NCBI GenBank assembly: GCA_024137785.1
Contig: JAHRHZ010000061.1
Location: forward strand, 17,256,799-17,320,798
Length of the DNA stretch: 64,000 nt
Source: Ginglymostoma cirratum
Taxonomy: Eukaryota
Direction: 5' to 3'
Shown: one piece after another, positions 13,500 through 26,099 of the stretch
How the letters are laid out: every line of letters starts with the position of its first letter
Position numbering within the stretch: the stretch's first letter is position 1
Program-made: the position numbers and the translations under genes
Notes under the pieces: generated by a model
The model's input: only the letters and a program-made list of their open reading frames with translations
What the model was told of the DNA's origin: nothing
Databases searched by the model: none

Positions 13500-14485
13500 A
13501 TGAGGTTACCCACTTTGGTTGCAAAACCAGGAAGGCAGATTATAACCTGAATGGAGATAGATTGGGAATGGAAGACCTCAATGAGACCTGGGTGTCCTTG
13601 TACAGCAGTCTCTGAAAGTAAGAATGCAGGTTTGGCAGGCAGTGAAGAATGAAAAAGGAATGTTGGCCTTCATAGTGAGAGGATTTGAATAAAATAGCAG
13701 GGATGACAGGCAGCAATTACAGAAAATTCATAGCATCCCTACAGTGTGGAAACAGGCCTTTCAGTCCAACCCTGTGAAGATCATCCCATACAGATCCAAA
13801 CTCCCTACACTACCATGCATTTCCCATGGCTAATCCACCTAAGCTTTGAACTGTGGGAGGAAATTCACATCCAACCTGCACAGACACAGGGAGAACATGC
13901 AAACTCCAACAGACAGTCAGCCGAGGCTAGAATCGAACCTGGGTCCCCAGCTCTGCAAGCCACTGTGCCACCCACAATTGTGCAGGGCTTTGGAAAGACT
14001 ACATCTAGAATGTGGCGTGTAGTTTTGTACTCCTAGCAGGTCTGATTCCTGGGATGGCAGGACTGACATATGAAGTGAGACCAGATCAATCATGACTACA
14101 TTCACTGAAGTTTAGAAAAATGAAAAAGGTTCTGATGGGAATGTATAAAATTCTAACAGGACTAGGCAGCGGAAAACAGAGGTGGAAGGAAGTTCCTGAT
14201 CACCAGTGAGACCATCAGAACCAGAGTTTAATGAAATAGGCCATTTAAGACTGAATTGAGGAGAAATTTCTCCACACACAGAATGTTGAGCCTGAGGAAT
14301 TCTCTGCCACAGAAAATGGTTGAGACGAAAATATTTAATACTTTCAAGAAGAAGTTAGATATAGTTCTAAGGGCTGAAGGGATCAAAGGGTAGGCAGAGA
14401 CAGTGGAACAGGGTATTGATCATATTGAATGATGGAGCAGGCTCGTAGGGGTGAAGGACATACTCTTGATCCTATTTTCTATATC
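13500..14485 (+). mobile_element. CR1 LINE 3' fragment interrupted by an HE1 SINE (13727-13972, minus)
   Basis: Decayed RT C-terminus (DLGVLV, WNSLP) and 3' UTR ...gcaggctcg...cctattttctat. Confidence 0.8.
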
Positions 14486-14809
14486 CTTGAACTTCAGTAG
14501 ATAGCTAGCTAATGAAAAACCATACCTGAATTGTTTTCTTATCTGCTCTCTTTCAAATGTTGATTCACCTGAAGTTTATTTCTATTACTTTTTACCCAAC
14601 ACATAAAGTTTCTTAGTGAATCAGTTAGTAAAATAAATAATTATGCAATAGAGCTAAACAAAACAGTCAAAATTTAATGGTTACTTGCAACCGCCATAGT
14701 CTTGCCCATAATGTGCTTGTCCTAAGTCACTTAATTACTGCAACACTTTTTCTATCATGAAGGTCACTTGGTAGTACAGAATTTAAATGTTGCTGAAAAA
14801 GACACATCT

Positions 14810-15152
14810 TCATAAAATACCTGCAGTATGGAAGCAGGCCATTTGGCCCATCAAGTCCACATCGAACCTCCAAAGACCATCCCACCCAGACCCACCCTAT
14901 CCCTGTAAACCTGCATTTCCCATGAGTAATCCAACTAACCTGCACATCCCTGGACACTACGGGCAATTTGGCACAGCCAATCCACCTAATCTGCACATCT
15001 TTGGACTATGGGAGGAAACCAGAGCACCCAGAGGAAACCCACACAGACCCGGGGAGAATGTGCAAACTCCACACAGACAGACATCCAAGAATCATACCCA
15101 GGTCCTTGGTGCAATGAGATAGCAGTGCTAACCACTGAGTCACCATGCCACC
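14810..15152 (-). mobile_element. HE1-type V-SINE
   Basis: Head, V-domain and tail as in the other copies. Confidence 0.9.
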
Positions 15153-15941
15153 CCTATTTTGTTGAAGCTTTTAATATTGGACTCATCAGGACATTTCACA
15201 AGAATATCAATTCAAGGGGGAAACAAACATTTATATTGCCTGACTGGAGGATACTAATTAGTTGACAAGTGAACCCTAATTGTTACAGGCATTACCTTAG
15301 AGAATGCGCCCATTTCTGATGAGTGAAAAATAACTGCCAAATTTTGTTTAAATTTTAAACTAGACAGGCCAATTCTGATTTAGTCAGGCATTGCCTTCAG
15401 AAATGAACCAGCAAATGGCTATCACATGTTTTGTTGAGTTGAAAAAGGCACAGTGTGTGTACCTGTCCTTGCTATCCGCAAAGAACGGGGCCTCTGGCTT
15501 CCAGTACACACAAGTACACACTACGAGTACACCTGACAATCCTAAATTGTTGTCAGTTTAACTCATCATAGACTCAGGATTATTCAGCAAATGCTGTCCA
15601 ATTGAAGAATTGCATCTTATGCTGAATTGGTCAAAGGTTCAGGTGAATTGTTACGCTCTTTACTTTTGCGAAGAACGTACAGGATTTGCATATTGTTTGC
15701 ATTGCAGTGTCCATGTGTACACTTGATATTTCTAGCCTATTCACCAATGTACCACTTAAGGAAATCATAAATACTTGCTCTGCAGCACTGTACCACGGCA
15801 ACCTCGACTTGTCACTGCGTATTCATTGAACATATGAACACAGAAACTCATGCAGTTGAGTTCAGTTTTTATGACACTGTGCATACCCAAATAGGTGGCA
15901 TTGTCCATGAGATACCCTCTAGACCCAGCTCGCTCCATAAG

Positions 15942-16161
15942 AAATAACAAGCATGGGGCTGGATGAACACAGCAGGTCAAGCAGCATCATAGGAGCAGGA
16001 AAACTTGACGTTTCGGGCCTAAACCCTTCATCAGAAAAAACCCTTCATCAGGCCCGAAACATCAAGTTTTCCTGCTCCTATGATGCTGCTTGACCTGCTG
16101 TGTTCATCCAGCCCCATGCTTGTTATCTCGGATTCTCCAGCATCTGCAGTACCTTTTATCT
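15942..16161. mobile_element. Inverted pair of PLE family A termini
   Basis: 15942-16019 is the reverse complement of ~16050-16127. There is a 14-bp duplication aaacccttcatcag at the junction. Confidence 0.8.
16003..16038 (-). ncRNA. Minimal hammerhead ribozyme motif, intact core, on the DSCAM sense strand
   Basis: Minus strand tttt-CTGATGA-A-GGGT(ttag)GCCC-GAAA-CG-TC-aagt. Confidence 0.6.
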
Positions 16162-16169
16162 CTGATACA

Positions 16170-17870
16170 ATTTGCTCCATAAGAAAGTTGTCTTTGATGG
16201 AATGATACATAATCTTCTGTCCCTTGCCAATATTTAGATGATATGTTTGCAACTGCACATAAACATTTTGTTACTTATCTTACTGGGCTCTATCCTACGC
16301 TTGAATTCACATTGGAGATGGAACAGTCAAATGAACTCCCTCTCCTTGTGGTTGTAGTTGAGAAATTGGCCATGAGGTTCTCTATTGTCATTAAGCTACC
16401 TTCACTGGTCCGTATATACACTGGGATTCCTAGTTTCACATGCAGTAAGTTTGGCTTTAGCAGCAACCTCATAGTAGGCTCGAAGCCTCATGTAAGCTTC
16501 ATGCTTAAATAGACTGTATAATGGCTACCCTGATCAAATCATTTCTCACAATATGTTGTGTAAGCTCACAAAAGGCCCTAAGACTAGTTGTCCTGAAAAG
16601 TTCACAGGCTACTTCAGATTCCTTTGTCAAAGTAGGATATATCTAAAATTTGAGAAACAGATGAAGCTGTTTCACACTGCTGCTAGAGACATTTAAGTGA
16701 CCCTTGGGTAGGCACATGGACGATAGTATAGTGTAGGGTGGATTGATCTTAGTGGGATAATAGGTCGGCACAACATCATGGGCCGAAGGGCCTGTACTGT
16801 GCTGTACGGTTCTATGTTCTGTGTTCTATTGAGTAGCGAAAAAAGTGATATTCACCACAGGATGCTGCTGTCCTGCCAAACACACAGATGAGTAGTGTGG
16901 TACGTGAATTTCAGTGCTGTTGTGATGCCAGGTATGAAGGCCTTATATCCGAAAGATTGGCAATTGTACCAAACAGCATTTGCTGGTTGCAACAAACAAG
17001 GTAGTGATGTACCCAAATTGTTGACACTTACAAAATACAGAACACAGTGTCCAATGTTAAATGTGATTCTGCAACTGGACAGCATTAGCTGGACAATCCA
17101 GAATGATGAAGAATTCCATTGTTGACCATTTAGGATTGACAGGGGAGGCGATGGCCTAGTGGTATTATTGCTGGACTGTTAATCCAGAGACCAAATAATG
17201 TTCTGGGGACCCACGTTCGAATTCCGCCATGTCAGATGGTGGAATTTGAATTCAATAAATATCTGGAATTACGACTCTAATGATGGCCATGAATCCATTG
17301 TCGATTGTTGGAAAAAACCCATCTGGTTCATTAACGTCCTTTAGGGAAGGAAACTGCCATCCTTCGCTGGTCTGGCCAACATGTGACTGCAGACCCACAG
17401 CAATGTAGTTGACTCTTAACTGCCCTCTGGGCAATTGGGGATGGGCAATAAATGCTGCCTAGCCAGCGACGCCCTCATCCCCTGAATGAATGAAGAATAA
17501 AGACATGTGCTAGAGTTATATTAATACACAAGGCCAGTTTTTTTTACAGTGACAGAAGGAAATGTATACACACTGTGCTTGCTTCAACTCAACAAAACAG
17601 ATAGCCATTCAGTGGTTAGTTTCTCAATGCAGTCCCCTGTCCAATCAGACTCTGACTTAAAAGTAAATCAAAACCCGGCAGTTAACTGTCAATCATGATT
17701 AATGAATGTATTCTCCGTGTAAAACCACTTTCCATCTGGGTCCACTTGCCAACTAATCAGCAATTTTCTTTAATGTAGCATAAGTGTTAGTTTTCCCCCC
17801 CAAGTTAATAATTTTTGCAAGTTGCCCTGATGAGTCCAAGAAAAGCTTCAACAAAGTATGTCTTTTTTCA
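16170..17870 (+). mobile_element. Decayed Penelope-like element (RT C-terminus plus GIY-YIG), interrupted by a CR1 tail (16684-16828) and a SINE (17142-17500)
   Basis: LYPTLEFTLEMEQSNELPLL (cf. LHPxxxFTxExE...LPFLD) and MSSVVREFQCCCDARYEG (GIY-YIG), with a degenerate CTGATGA...AAAGCTTC near the end. Confidence 0.7.
17142..17500 (+). mobile_element. tRNA-derived SINE with Zenon/CR1-like LINE tail
   Basis: A box TGGCCTAGTGG, B box GTTCGAATTCC, tail gggcaataaatgct..ctagccagcgacgccctcatccc(tgaa)n. Confidence 0.85.
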
Positions 17871-18379
17871 AACAGTACTCCTCAACAGCCAGTCATAAGA
17901 TCCAAACGAGGAGATTGAATTCACAATGGCGATGTTTGCTATCATTTTGTTTGTTATTTTACCTAAAGTTTCAACATCCACATAGGAATTAAAAGGGAAT
18001 AAAAGTATGAAAAAATTGCTGGTTGAAGACATGATAACATTTTCCTTGCCAGCTTCCAACTTGTTTTTTCAAGACCATCATGAATGCTTTTGTTTCAAGA
18101 CACCAGACTATTTGAAAATCCTGGGCATTGTTTAGATTTTACTTCACAGAGCAGTTAAAGAGAACCAGCAGGAACATGCACAATTTGCAAAATTTCTCAA
18201 TGGTAAAACTTTTTTAAGTAAAAAGGCGGTGAAGATTTATTATCTTTCCTCTACTGTTCTGAAAAAAATTTGAAATAAAACAGAGATTTTATTCTCAATG
18301 CTTTATCTAGTCTTCACAAGTAGCACTCAGACAGTACCTGTAATTTACAGCAGCTATGGTCTTTGTTGAAATTTAGAAG

Positions 18380-18830
18380 TGTTAGCTTGCTTCACCAACA
18401 GAGTCAGGAAGCTATGGGTTCAAGTCCTGCCGCAGAATGTAAGCATACAATCCAGACTGACACTTCAGTGCAGTAGTACAGGGGTCCAATGTTGTACAAA
18501 GAAATTCAAATACATATCTGGCTACTGCATTTGGCTGACAAACATCTATATGCTGTACACTTTAAATCAGCCTGAACTTTCTGTTTCCTTACAAATCTGT
18601 CAAAATAAAATGAACAGCAAACTTGAAATGTAGGTTGATATTCTTTGTCATAAAAAAACTGCTCGGCCAAACCAATTATCACCAAGGTGCCATCTGCCCC
18701 TTCAAGAGGACATTAAAATATCCATGGTGCTATTTGTTGAAGACCAGAGGAAAATTTTGTTCTGAGCTAGCACTCATTAAGCTATCAAGTGACTGAAAAC
18801 ATTCAACTGAATTAAGCACAACCCATTTAT
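18380..18830 (+). mobile_element. Old Deu-domain SINE (SacSINE1/AmnSINE1-like)
   Basis: GGGTTCAAGTCC B box and Deu core ctgcccc..gga cattaaaa.atccatggtgctattt. Confidence 0.55.
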
Positions 18831-20269
18831 TTCAGATTTAGCCTACTCGCCCGATCAGTGGTTATCCCCAAACCTACTAATCTTACAGATTGCATTTTGA
18901 TGTTTAAGTAGTGAAGACTAACTACATGGTTTATTGTGCAGAAGGGCTCTTGTGGCTCAGTGGTAGTGTCCCTGCTCCAGAGGTTACCTATTAGTTTCCC
19001 CTCAAATTGACTTACGCTATTCCACATGCTGGTGCGTTCCATATTCTTGTGCCTCTCTGGGCAAATAGATTACCTTTCAGCTGTCAAGCTATACAAGAGA
19101 AAACATCAAATTTCTCTCAGTTTTATCCAATGAAGATCGCCTTGACAGTCTCTGTTCACCATTCCTGAGCCAGGACTGGCGCTGAGAAGACACTTGAATG
19201 AATAACTATGCCAGGATGCCACTGATAAATTGGAGGTGGGCTACAGGTGGCCCAGGGGTGATACTTAATTGCTAACTGTATATTTAATGAGTTTAATGAT
19301 CCACAATTCAGGAAACACAATGGCACTGAGTAAATTAGGAGGATTCTGCTCTCTGAGTACAAGATGCCAAGTCATGTAACGCTCAAGTTAATTGGCATGT
19401 GCTGCAGTAACTGGGAGCAATGTGCAGTACCACTGTTCGATTAACTGTATAAATATCATGGCAGAGGCTGTAAAATTAACCTTAAAAACATGCACAACTC
19501 ATTTTCAGTGCGTTCAGACTGCAAGAGAATCAATACATCACCAGCACACATAAGAGATCTATCCGGTAAAGTGTACTGGATCTAGCTCTTTTCCTATAAT
19601 GCGCAGTAAAATGAAATGTGGTGGATCTGACGAAGCAGAAGCCAAGGATGTAAGTCCTTACAGTGCAAGTGAGTGAGGAAAATTATATTGCGATGGGTGA
19701 GTAACAATCATTGTTTCCTCACACTTTGTGATTACGCATAAGAAGAACATTCCAAAGTCTACATATTTTTAATTAAATTTTCATGACAGACCTCTGGAGC
19801 AGGTGGGATTTGAATCTGGTCCTTCTTTCTCAGAGGTAGGGACACTATCTCTGCACCTCAAAGACCATTCCAAATTCTAATCTGAAAACAACGTCACACC
19901 GATTCAAATAAGGATGTTGAGTTATTCTGTTTTGTTCGGAAAATACCTCAAGTGAACCCATTTCCTCAAAGCGTAAATTTGATGACAGAACTTTTAAAAA
20001 TAACAAATCCCCAATCCGCACACTTCACTTCCTCAACAGTAGGTTTGAGTCTTTCCAAATGATATCCTTATTTTAAAACAGCACTCATCAAACAATCAGG
20101 CAGCTGGAAGCATCCAACTGCATTAAACGGAACCCATTTATTTCACATTTACCTTGTTTCCTGCTCATGTCATTTATCATAACCTTGTGAAATTATGCTT
20201 ACAAAAAAGCAAACATAGCAGGAGCCAGGAGGCCTCTGTTACTGCCCAGTTCTTCACAAGATTGGATGG

Positions 20270-21440
20270 ACGATCAAAGCGAGGAAGTCTTGCCACAATT
20301 AAACAAGACTTTGGTGAGATTGCATCTGAAGTGCTGTGTGCAATTTTGCTTCCTTTATTAAAGAAAGGACATAATTGCATTAGAAGTAATTCAGATCAGG
20401 TTTACTTGACTGATCCTTGAGTTGAAAGGGTTGTCTTCTGGGCCTAAACCCATTGGAATTCAGAAGAACGACAGGTGGACTTTTGAAATATATAGGATAG
20501 GGATGCGAATGCATCAGAGAGAGCGCTGAAGCAGTTTACAGGAACAGTTGCAGGTTTGAGTTACTTCAGCTATGAGGATACATGTTGGGGCTGTTCTCCT
20601 TGGAGAGAAGGCTAAAATGAGACCCGACCAAAATCATGACTGGACTAGACAGAGTAGTGAGGGGGTAACTGTTCCCCCTCGTAAAAACAACAAAAATGGC
20701 TGCACAGTAGCTCAGTGATAAGCTCTGCTAACTCACAGAACCAGGGACCCAGGTTCAATTCCACCCTCAGGTGACTGCCTGCGTGGAACAAAAACAGAAG
20801 TTGCTGGAGAAGCTCAGCAGGTCTGGCAGCATCTGTGAACGGAAAAACAGAGTTAACATTTCGGGTCCGGTGACCCTTCCTCAGAACTGTGTGGAAGTTG
20901 CACATTCTCTCCGTGTCTGTGTGCGTCTCCTCTAGGGGCTCTGGTTGCCTTCCACAGTTCAAAGATGTACAGGTTATGTGTATTAGCCACGCTGAATTGT
21001 CATTAGTGTCCGGGGATGTGCAGGCCAGGTGGATTAGCTATTGGAAATGTAGGGATAGGGTAGGGGAGTAGGTCTGTACGGGATGCTTTTTGGAGGGTCA
21101 GTTTGGACTTCATGGGCTGAATGGTCTGATTCCACACCAAAGGGATTCTATGATTAAAACAAGAAGGCAGAGTCATAGTGAGCAACAAAAGAATGTGAAG
21201 TGAGAGTATACTTTTTCACTCAGTGAATAGATAGGGTATGGAAAGCATTGCCTAGAAATGTAGTAGAGACAGTTTCGACCGAGAAACATTCAAGAAGGCA
21301 TTGGATGACTATTTCAATAAAAATAATGAGCAAGAATACAGGGACAAAGCAACAGAATATCACTAGGTAATGCTCATTTAACAAGACAGTAAAGGTACGA
21401 TGGGCTGAAGGGCCTCGTTTTTCATTGTTACTCTTCTGTG
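20270..21440 (+). mobile_element. Nested cluster: old CR1 fragments containing an HE1 V-SINE (20697-21152), which contains a PLE family B mini-element (20789-20886, minus)
   Basis: The SINE V-domain is split at ctgYgtggaa, which is duplicated at 20779-20788 and 20887-20896. Confidence 0.8.
20851..20888 (-). ncRNA. Minimal hammerhead ribozyme motif, family B
   Basis: agtt-CTGAGGA-A-GGGTC(accg)GACCC-GAAA-TG-TT-aact. Perfect 4-bp helix I and 5-bp helix II; loop CG>TG. Confidence 0.6.
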
Positions 21441-21471
21441 ATTCGGTGACCTTGAGGTGATTAGATGGGCT

Positions 21472-21481
21472 NNNNNNNNNN
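21472..21481. other. Assembly gap (10 N)
   Basis: Run of n characters. Confidence 1.
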
Positions 21482-22940
21482 AGATGATGGAAGCTTGAAT
21501 ATACATGACGTTCTTTTTATCAACAAGGCAGTGAAGACTTGTAGGAAGGTGCAGGGGGCAGACAGAAAAATGCAATTAAGGCTATGATATTATCATATTA
21601 TCAAATTACCCAGAAGCTTATCAAATGGTGGGGTAGGCTGAAAGGGTTTATTCCAGCTCCTAACTCTTGTGTGCTGCTAATGCCCTAAGATCTTGAGTTG
21701 GCAACTGGTAGAAAACTGCATTCTTCTTTGCCGACCTTTCAGGCATGCTGCCTCCTGAACAAGATACGACCCTCATATGGACAATCATCCATGGACAGGA
21801 AGGTAAGTATACTGGACTTCACAGTTCTAATACACAACAATGATTCATTCCAGACTCAGCTCAAAATCTTAACGTTAGGTTTCGACGACATAATAAGTCA
21901 GTGGTCACTGGACCCGAAACGTTAACTATGTTTTCTCCTTCAAAGTAAAATCATATTCCGACCATTGTGCTGCAAATATAACCCGAAGCAATCTGTACCA
22001 AAGCTGCACTGGGCAAGATTGGAATTATATCCCCAACCTATTCCATACTCTTTTTATGGTTTCAGGCAACTAATGTTGAACTAATGAGGTTGCTTTGGCT
22101 ATGGATTGGAAATTGCAGGCTCACGCTTGTAAAATCAAACAACAGATTAAGAATAGCTCTGTTAAGTGTACAGCAATGTTCACTTCATTATGTAAACAGT
22201 ACACCTCCGTCTCAACTATAGAAAAGCTCTCTTCTCATGTGACAATTTGCCACTTTCGGCAATTAGTGACAGGTTAGGGATGCTTTAAAAAAGAGTCATT
22301 TCATCAAAGAAAGAGGTTAAGTATGTGCAAACTACCGCCATCATTTTTATCAACTCAGTCTGGGTTAGACTCGAATCAATACCTCACAAGTAGAAAACTA
22401 GTTTCTGACCCATAGAGGTTGATGTGCTCAGGTACACTCTTATTGGTGCAATGACATTATAGCAATGTTTGGGGTAAAGTTTTGAACCCATGTTGATTAA
22501 GACCTGTGGTATGACATTAATGTATTACATACTGCCTGGGGTGAATGATGCATGTTGTGTTATGCAACATTCTATACATAATCCTGGAACTAAGATACTC
22601 AGTAATGGGTTGGCTGCAATAATCACATTTCAGTATCTAAACAAGATGAGGCATTGTTATTATTGATCTGTGGTTCCACACCATATATCCACTTTTGCTC
22701 TATTTCCTTATTATACAAATTGAGCTGTGTCCCGCCAAAGCACGAGCACGCAATGTTACAGATTTGGTTTTATCAATCAAGCGGATGTTTATTAAGCAAA
22801 AGAAATTAAGATAAAATACAGTAAACCAGACTACTTACTTATAACACCAACTTAAAGATTTTTACACACATGGAAAAAAACAATTCAATTAATTAAAGTA
22901 AAACTTCCTTTATTAACCACAAAAGCACCCCTTGCACAGG

Positions 22941-23760
22941 TAGAGTCATAGAGCTGTGCAGCGAGGAAACAGACCCTTCGGCCCAACTCATCCATGCCAA
23001 CCAGATATCCGAAACTGAACTAGTCCCATTTGCCAGCATTTGGCCCATATCCCTCTAAATCATTCCCATTCATACACCTGTCGAAATGCCTTTTAAATGT
23101 TGTGATTGTACCTTCCTCCACCATTTCTTCTGGCAGCTAATTTCATATACGCACCACCCTCTTTGTGAAAAATTGTGCCTTGGGACCCTCTTAAATCTTT
23201 CCCCTCTCACCCTTAAACCTACGTTCTCTCATTTTAGAGTCCCCTACCTTGGGAAAAAGACCTTGGCAGCTCACCCTATCCATGCCCCTCATGATTTTAT
23301 AAACATCTATAAGGTCACTCCTCAGCCTCCGACACTGCAGGGTAAGAAGTCCCAGCCTATCCAATCTCTCCTTACAACCCAAACCCTCCAGTCCGGCAAT
23401 ATTCTTATAAATTGTTTCTGTTCCCTTTCTATTTAACAACATCCTTCCTATGGCAGGGTGACTAGAATTTTATGTAGTATTTCAAAAGTGGCCTCACCAA
23501 TATCTTGTACAGCCACAATATGATATCCCAACTTCTATACTCAATGTTCTGACCAATAAAGGCAACTTACCAATCACCTTCTTCATCACCCTGTCTACCT
23601 GTAATGCCACTTCCGAGGAACTATGTACCGGTACCCCTAGGTCTATCTGTTGAGCCACAAACCCTGGGGCCACAGATTAACTGTGTAAAGTTGCCTTACC
23701 ACAATGCAACACATTGCATTTATCTAAACTAAACATCTTGCCCCATTGGCCCATCTGACC
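22941..23760 (-). mobile_element. CR1/HER1 LINE 3' fragment
   Basis: ERLDRLGL...RRLRSDLIDVYKIMRGMDRV, with ctctatgactct tail. Confidence 0.9.
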
Positions 23761-25368
23761 AAGATTTTGTCTCACACCCGAAAGAAAATCTCTTTTCCTA
23801 CCACCTCAGTCTGGACAATCAGATAGTTTTTTCATGGAGTTTTCACACATCTTAGTTTAAATGTTCTCAGTTTCAAATTATCTCTTCAGGGTTTTATTTA
23901 GACACTTCTGGTCTAGAACTATTACTAAATTCCTTTTTTTGTTTGCAGGAGCTCTGCTTTATATTTCTATCTGCGTCCAAGGATTTCTGCGCTGAAAAAG
24001 GTTCTGAAGCCTTGATCCAAGCTATGGGTGTTTCCTTTGACCTTAGTGAAATGACTGAAGTTTCGAACATAAACTTTAATGCATAATTGCTTACCTTGCT
24101 CAGTTGTATGCTCTCCTAATATAGACAAAAAAAAATCAGTTCTGAAAGCTAACTCCCTCAAACTGTTTTAAAACAAATAGCTGTGGCTACACAAATGCCT
24201 ACAAATTAATCATTACACTGTTCAGGCACACAGAAAAAGACATCACAATTTTAAAATTCAAAAACCCAAATTAAAATAAATGATTTTCGATATTTTGTTA
24301 CATATAAAAATCACACAGGCTACATCACAATAGAATAGGTTTTTGATCAATAAAATTCTCTGTAACTTTTTATTCTGATGAATTCTTTAGTCCTGATGTC
24401 CTTTTTTTGTTCACATTGACCCACATTGTTCATTTTTAACACCGCCACAGTGGGGCCTCTGGCTTTATCTTGTTTCCTTGCCGGCTATTTTCAATCTTTC
24501 CTAATCCACGTCTCTGATTTTTCTTCTTCCTCATTTGTTTTTACTCTTAACTTCTTGGTCAATTGTTGCCAGTGCAAGGCTGTTGGGTCAACATTTCCAA
24601 TGTCTGTTCTTTCTCTAACTGCACTGAGCACACCCTTTTAATCCCTGAACTTCTACTCTTGATTTCACCTCATCACTTCTGCTTCCTTCTATCCAATTGA
24701 ATCTTCACATTCTTCCCCTCCCCATATTTCAAACACTGCTATTCCCCTTTCATTCCCTTACTTCAGAGTTCAGCTCACACCTATAGATTGCAACATTCCA
24801 GACTAGTGACTGTACTACACGTTTTCTCAGCTTCATGCTGAAGTTTTTGAACTTTTAGTCACTGTTTAAATCACTGGTCATATCTAATATAACCTACATT
24901 TCCCTACTAAATGTAATTTTGGCTTTTATTTTTCAGCCAAGATTATCATGAGTCATTTGAAATTCTCCACTGCCTCTATCTTGCTGCTTCCAAACTTTAC
25001 TTTTCTAAGTTCATTGAGAATCATAATGTTGGGCCTTGTCTCACGAGTGTTTAGTTCCATTTACTGATGGGTTTGGATTTTCATTCTCAGGATAAGAACA
25101 CTGAGAAAAGACACTTCTCAGCTCCACCAACTTGACTGAGGATCAAAAAAAGGTCAAAAGTTTCATATTTTAATTCCAGGATTGGCAGGGACCCCGTGAA
25201 ATCAACCTTGAAATAAACTTGTAGGCAGCTTGATGTGATGTGCTTTGGCTGAAAGGACATGTCTCTTTACATCTGCACTGCGTGACAGACTAATACAAGA
25301 TGAGTGAAAGCAATAACTTTCTTCCAGTCGTGTTTCTTGCATTCATCTTTCACACACTCTTCATGCCC

Positions 25369-25498
25369 AGTCCTGCTGAAGGGTGTAAACCTGAAATGTC
25401 GACTTTCCTGCTCCTCAGATGCTGCCTGCCCTGCTGTGTTCCTCCAGCTCCACACTGTGTTGACTCTGACTCCAGCAGCTGCAGTTTTTGCTATCTCC
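25369..25498 (+). mobile_element. PLE mini-element with a degenerate hammerhead (25369-25404)
   Basis: agtc-CTGCTGA-A-GGGT(gtaa)ACCT-GAAA-TG-TC-gact followed by the family A-like tail. Confidence 0.65.
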
Positions 25499-25778
25499 AA
25501 GTCACTTCATAAACCCTCAAACCCTTTTCGAGTCCAAACTGAATAACCTGACACTTGCCTACATTGATTTTCTACAAGATTGCCCATTCTTTTAACTCTT
25601 GGTAATTCTATGTTTCCAAACTAGGATAGATGGATTTTTATTGTAAGTCATAGAGTAATAATCATAGAGGGCTACAGCACAATTAAAGACTCTTTGGTTC
25701 AATGAGTCTGCACCAGTCAAAGCCATTAATAGTCTTTAATAAGTACAATTGAGGTCAATACAGGTGGGTTCCCAAAAG

Positions 25779-26093
25779 GGCTCAGTGGTTAGCACTGCAG
25801 CCTCACAGCACCAGGGACCTGGGTTCGATTCCAGCCCCAGGTGACTGTCTGTGCAGAGTTTGCACATTCTCCCCGTGTCTGCGTGGGTTTCCTCTGGGTG
25901 CTCGGGTTTCCTCCCACAGTCCAAAGATGTGCAGGCTAGGTGGATTGGCCATGCTAAATTGCCCATAGTGTTCAGGGGTGTGTGGGTTAGAGGGGGATGG
26001 GGATGGGTCTGGGTGGGATGCTGCAAGGGTCGGTGTGGACTTGTTGGGCCGAAGGGCCTGTTTCCACACTGTAAGGATTCTGATTCTGATTCT
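25779..26093 (+). mobile_element. HE1-type V-SINE (young, (gattct)n tail)
   Basis: A box GGCTCAGTGG, B box GGTTCGATTCC, V-domain. Confidence 0.93.
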
Positions 26094-26099
26094 AAGACA

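Noticed and set aside
17960-17985. Minus-strand ATGTGGATGTTG as DSCAM exon 1 (MWML...)
   Set aside because: In-frame TAG after six codons, and no signal peptide or promoter context.
25779-25850. tRNA genes at SINE heads
   Set aside because: A and B boxes are present but run into the V-domain with no intact cloverleaf or terminator.
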